Part shown: one piece after another, positions 62,021-64,000 of the stretch
Layout of the letters: each line of letters starts with the position of its first letter
How positions within the stretch are numbered: the first letter of the stretch is position 1
Source of the DNA: Ruditapes philippinarum
Taxonomy: Eukaryota
DNA: 64,000 nucleotides
Direction of reading: 5' to 3'
Assembly: GCF_026571515.1 (NCBI RefSeq)
Contig: NW_026854186.1
Coordinates: 310,001-374,000 of the forward strand
Position numbers and translations under genes: made by a program
The notes under the pieces: generated by a model
What the model was told of the DNA's origin: nothing
The model's database searches: none
What the model saw: only the letters and a program-made list of their open reading frames with translations

Positions 62021-62708
62021 TGTCGTAGGATAAGAATTTATGTACAATGTACACTGCCTTATATTTTGTTAATCGTTTCAAATAAAATATATTAACTGTA
62101 TCTAAATGCGTTACATGTTATTTGACCCTTGATCCTATACCGTTATATCTCTCTATATTTCTATTATTCCTATCTCTCATTGTTACTAACCTGTCACCCG
62201 TAAACTTAATATGCTATGTTCGGGTATGTTGTGTGATGCTCCATTGCACTTCATATTTGACCATTCCATGTTATAGTTGTATAATTATATTTTATATTGT
62301 GTAAATATATTCTTTAATAAATATATTGGATATTTCAGGTTAGTAATCTTTGAGATTTATAATTTAAACTATTACATTATTACAGAATGTCTTTATTGGT
62401 ATATTTAAATAGGTTTTTGATAAGTTATAGAGATGTTTACTTACAATACTTACCTGGAATACTAACCTAATTGTACATGTAGTTATTACATACCTGTATC
62501 ATACACTCAACCTTATGTTATAATTGTTAATGGCACTTCATATTTGACCATTCCATGTTATAGTTGTATAATTATATTTACTTTGTGTAAATATATTCTT
62601 TAATAAATATATTGGATATTTCAGATATTTGCATTTGTTGTGTCTTGTGTCAGTCGATATATTACCCCACCTATAATACAAGTAACTGCCGACTGGGTTA
62701 CGTCGACA
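62021..62708 (+). repeat. 3' LTR
   Basis: TGTCGtaggataag...gggttacgtCGACA, 688 bp. Confidence 0.93.
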
Positions 62709-63162
62709 TCGAGATCTCTTGCGTGCTAATCAACTGCACTAACCATTACACCAATATACAATCTGATAAATGTCTCAATCTATCAGATAGTATACACTAT
62801 ATATCTCGTAAACGTGTTTGCTTAGTTTCGTTTACTTGCAACGCGAACGACGAAAATGACCGTTAAAATTTAATATAAGTTTCTGATAAATACTCCAGAA
62901 ACAATTAAACTTTAATAAATACAACAAATTACTGTTTTTCGAACACTAATCAATTGTATTCCCGAGTAAAATATCCGAACCTTGCAAGGATTAGTATTTT
63001 CTTGGACACAACCTTAATTGCAGAATTTGCAAACAAGGTATATGCACATAAAGAGTAGTCGACTTTCTTATTTTTAATTCTTTTCTCTTTTCTAAAGAAA
63101 AGAATTACAAGTTATGGAGAAAAAAAAAACACCACAAAAATATAATGTGAAAAAAAAAATGC

Positions 63163-63235
63163 GACGTTACTTGGTTTCGATCTCTAAACAATAGGGGTGA
63201 AAGGCGAACACGTTAACCACTGGGCTATCAGGGAA
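63163..63235 (-). pseudogene. Degenerate tRNA-Glu(TTC)-like sequence or SINE head
   Basis: Minus strand tccctgatagcccagtggttaacgtgttcgcctttcacccc..gatcgaaacc: A-box and B-box-like motifs and ctTTCac anticodon loop, but the stems do not close. Confidence 0.5.
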
Positions 63236-64000
63236 TAGATAGTGGTAGAGAGGTAATAGTGGTAGTGTATATCAATACCTTTCGCAACGGGTTGAAGAAA
63301 TAAGTTACACCATCCAATTTTTGGTCATGTGTTAAAAGCTACAAAGTATATAAAGCGTTTAAATGTTTTGAACAGAAGCTTTATCAACATATCTTGAACA
63401 ACAATTTACTTAAGATAAAGCTTAGTTAAAAATCTAAAGAAATTATTATTAATAAAAATGACTACTATTTCTTCAAAAATTTATATTCAAAAATTAAAGC
63501 AAAGTTGTTACCTTTTATATATAAATCCTATATAAAATTAATCCAACACTTAAATCACAATATTCACTACTTATCACAACCACACTATTTACACAAATCA
63601 CAATAAAAAATAAGCTGTCAAAAATGTCAAACTTTCACTTGAAGTGAAAATTATAGAGTCTGTGGCACAAATCCGACAATGAAAAGAAATCCAGCGACGA
63701 GGCTAGCCTTTCCGGTAAGTAATCCTGTTTCTCGACGTCTCGAGTTAAGATTCCATGGAAATAAATAAATAAGGGCCCTAATAATAATGAAGGAGTTTGT
63801 ACGCACGTGACAATGTTTATAAATACACGCAAATACGGACGGGATATCCAACAAAATTGATGATGTCAACTAATCACATGGTTTTAAAAACCAATAGAAA
63901 TACTAGGATCCTGGCGGGAAGAAGGTAATTGGGTCATATGCAAAAACCGCAAGGGTATTAACCAATAAAAATCCTTCTTCGCACAATATGAAGAATGTGT

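Larger units (their letters stand above)
53850..62708 (+). mobile_element. Full-length Ty3/Gypsy LTR retrotransposon (~8.86 kb)
   Basis: Paired LTRs, PBS, PPT and gag-PR-RT-RH-IN order. Confidence 0.95.

Noticed and set aside
53850-62708. Identification as the Steamer retrotransposon of bivalve transmissible neoplasia
   Set aside because: As recalled, Steamer has short (~180 bp) LTRs, a Leu-tRNA PBS and a single gag-pol ORF. This element has ~690-bp LTRs, a Lys PBS and a -1 frameshift.
63163-63235. Functional tRNA-Glu gene
   Set aside because: Acceptor, anticodon and T stems do not pair; kept only as a degenerate tRNA-like remnant.

Overview
AT-rich, intron-rich animal genomic DNA, not prokaryotic. 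The repeat landscape and the B-box/beta-propeller gene point to a bivalve mollusc (inference). Contents, left to right: (1) the last six coding exons of NUBP2 (+, 97-9401). (2) A convergent 16-exon FAM227A-like gene (-, 39918-12655) with two apparent minor-spliceosome (U12) introns, one AT-AC and one GT-AG. (3) An intronless RING-less TRIM-like gene (+, 19330-21117) nested antisense inside a FAM227A intron. (4) A secreted type-B carboxylesterase (-, 49259-47215) broken by single-base indels. (5) A DIRS/Ngaro-type RT fragment abutting a full-length Ty3/Gypsy LTR element (53850-62708). The element has a tRNA-Lys PBS, a PNMA-like gag and a correctly phased UUUAAAC -1 frameshift site followed by a predicted H-type pseudoknot, but no target-site duplication. 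Introns and intergenic DNA are filled with Helentron-associated (HINE/pearl-like) elements carrying 135-170 bp satellite arrays, some nested three deep, plus MITEs, LINE and SINE remnants and a 39-bp minisatellite. Several stretches (about 38.7-39.0, 51.7-52.5 and 53.3-59.9 kb) look like poorly polished long-read sequence, so frameshifts there are not good evidence of pseudogenisation. All gene and family names come from motif recall; no database search was run.
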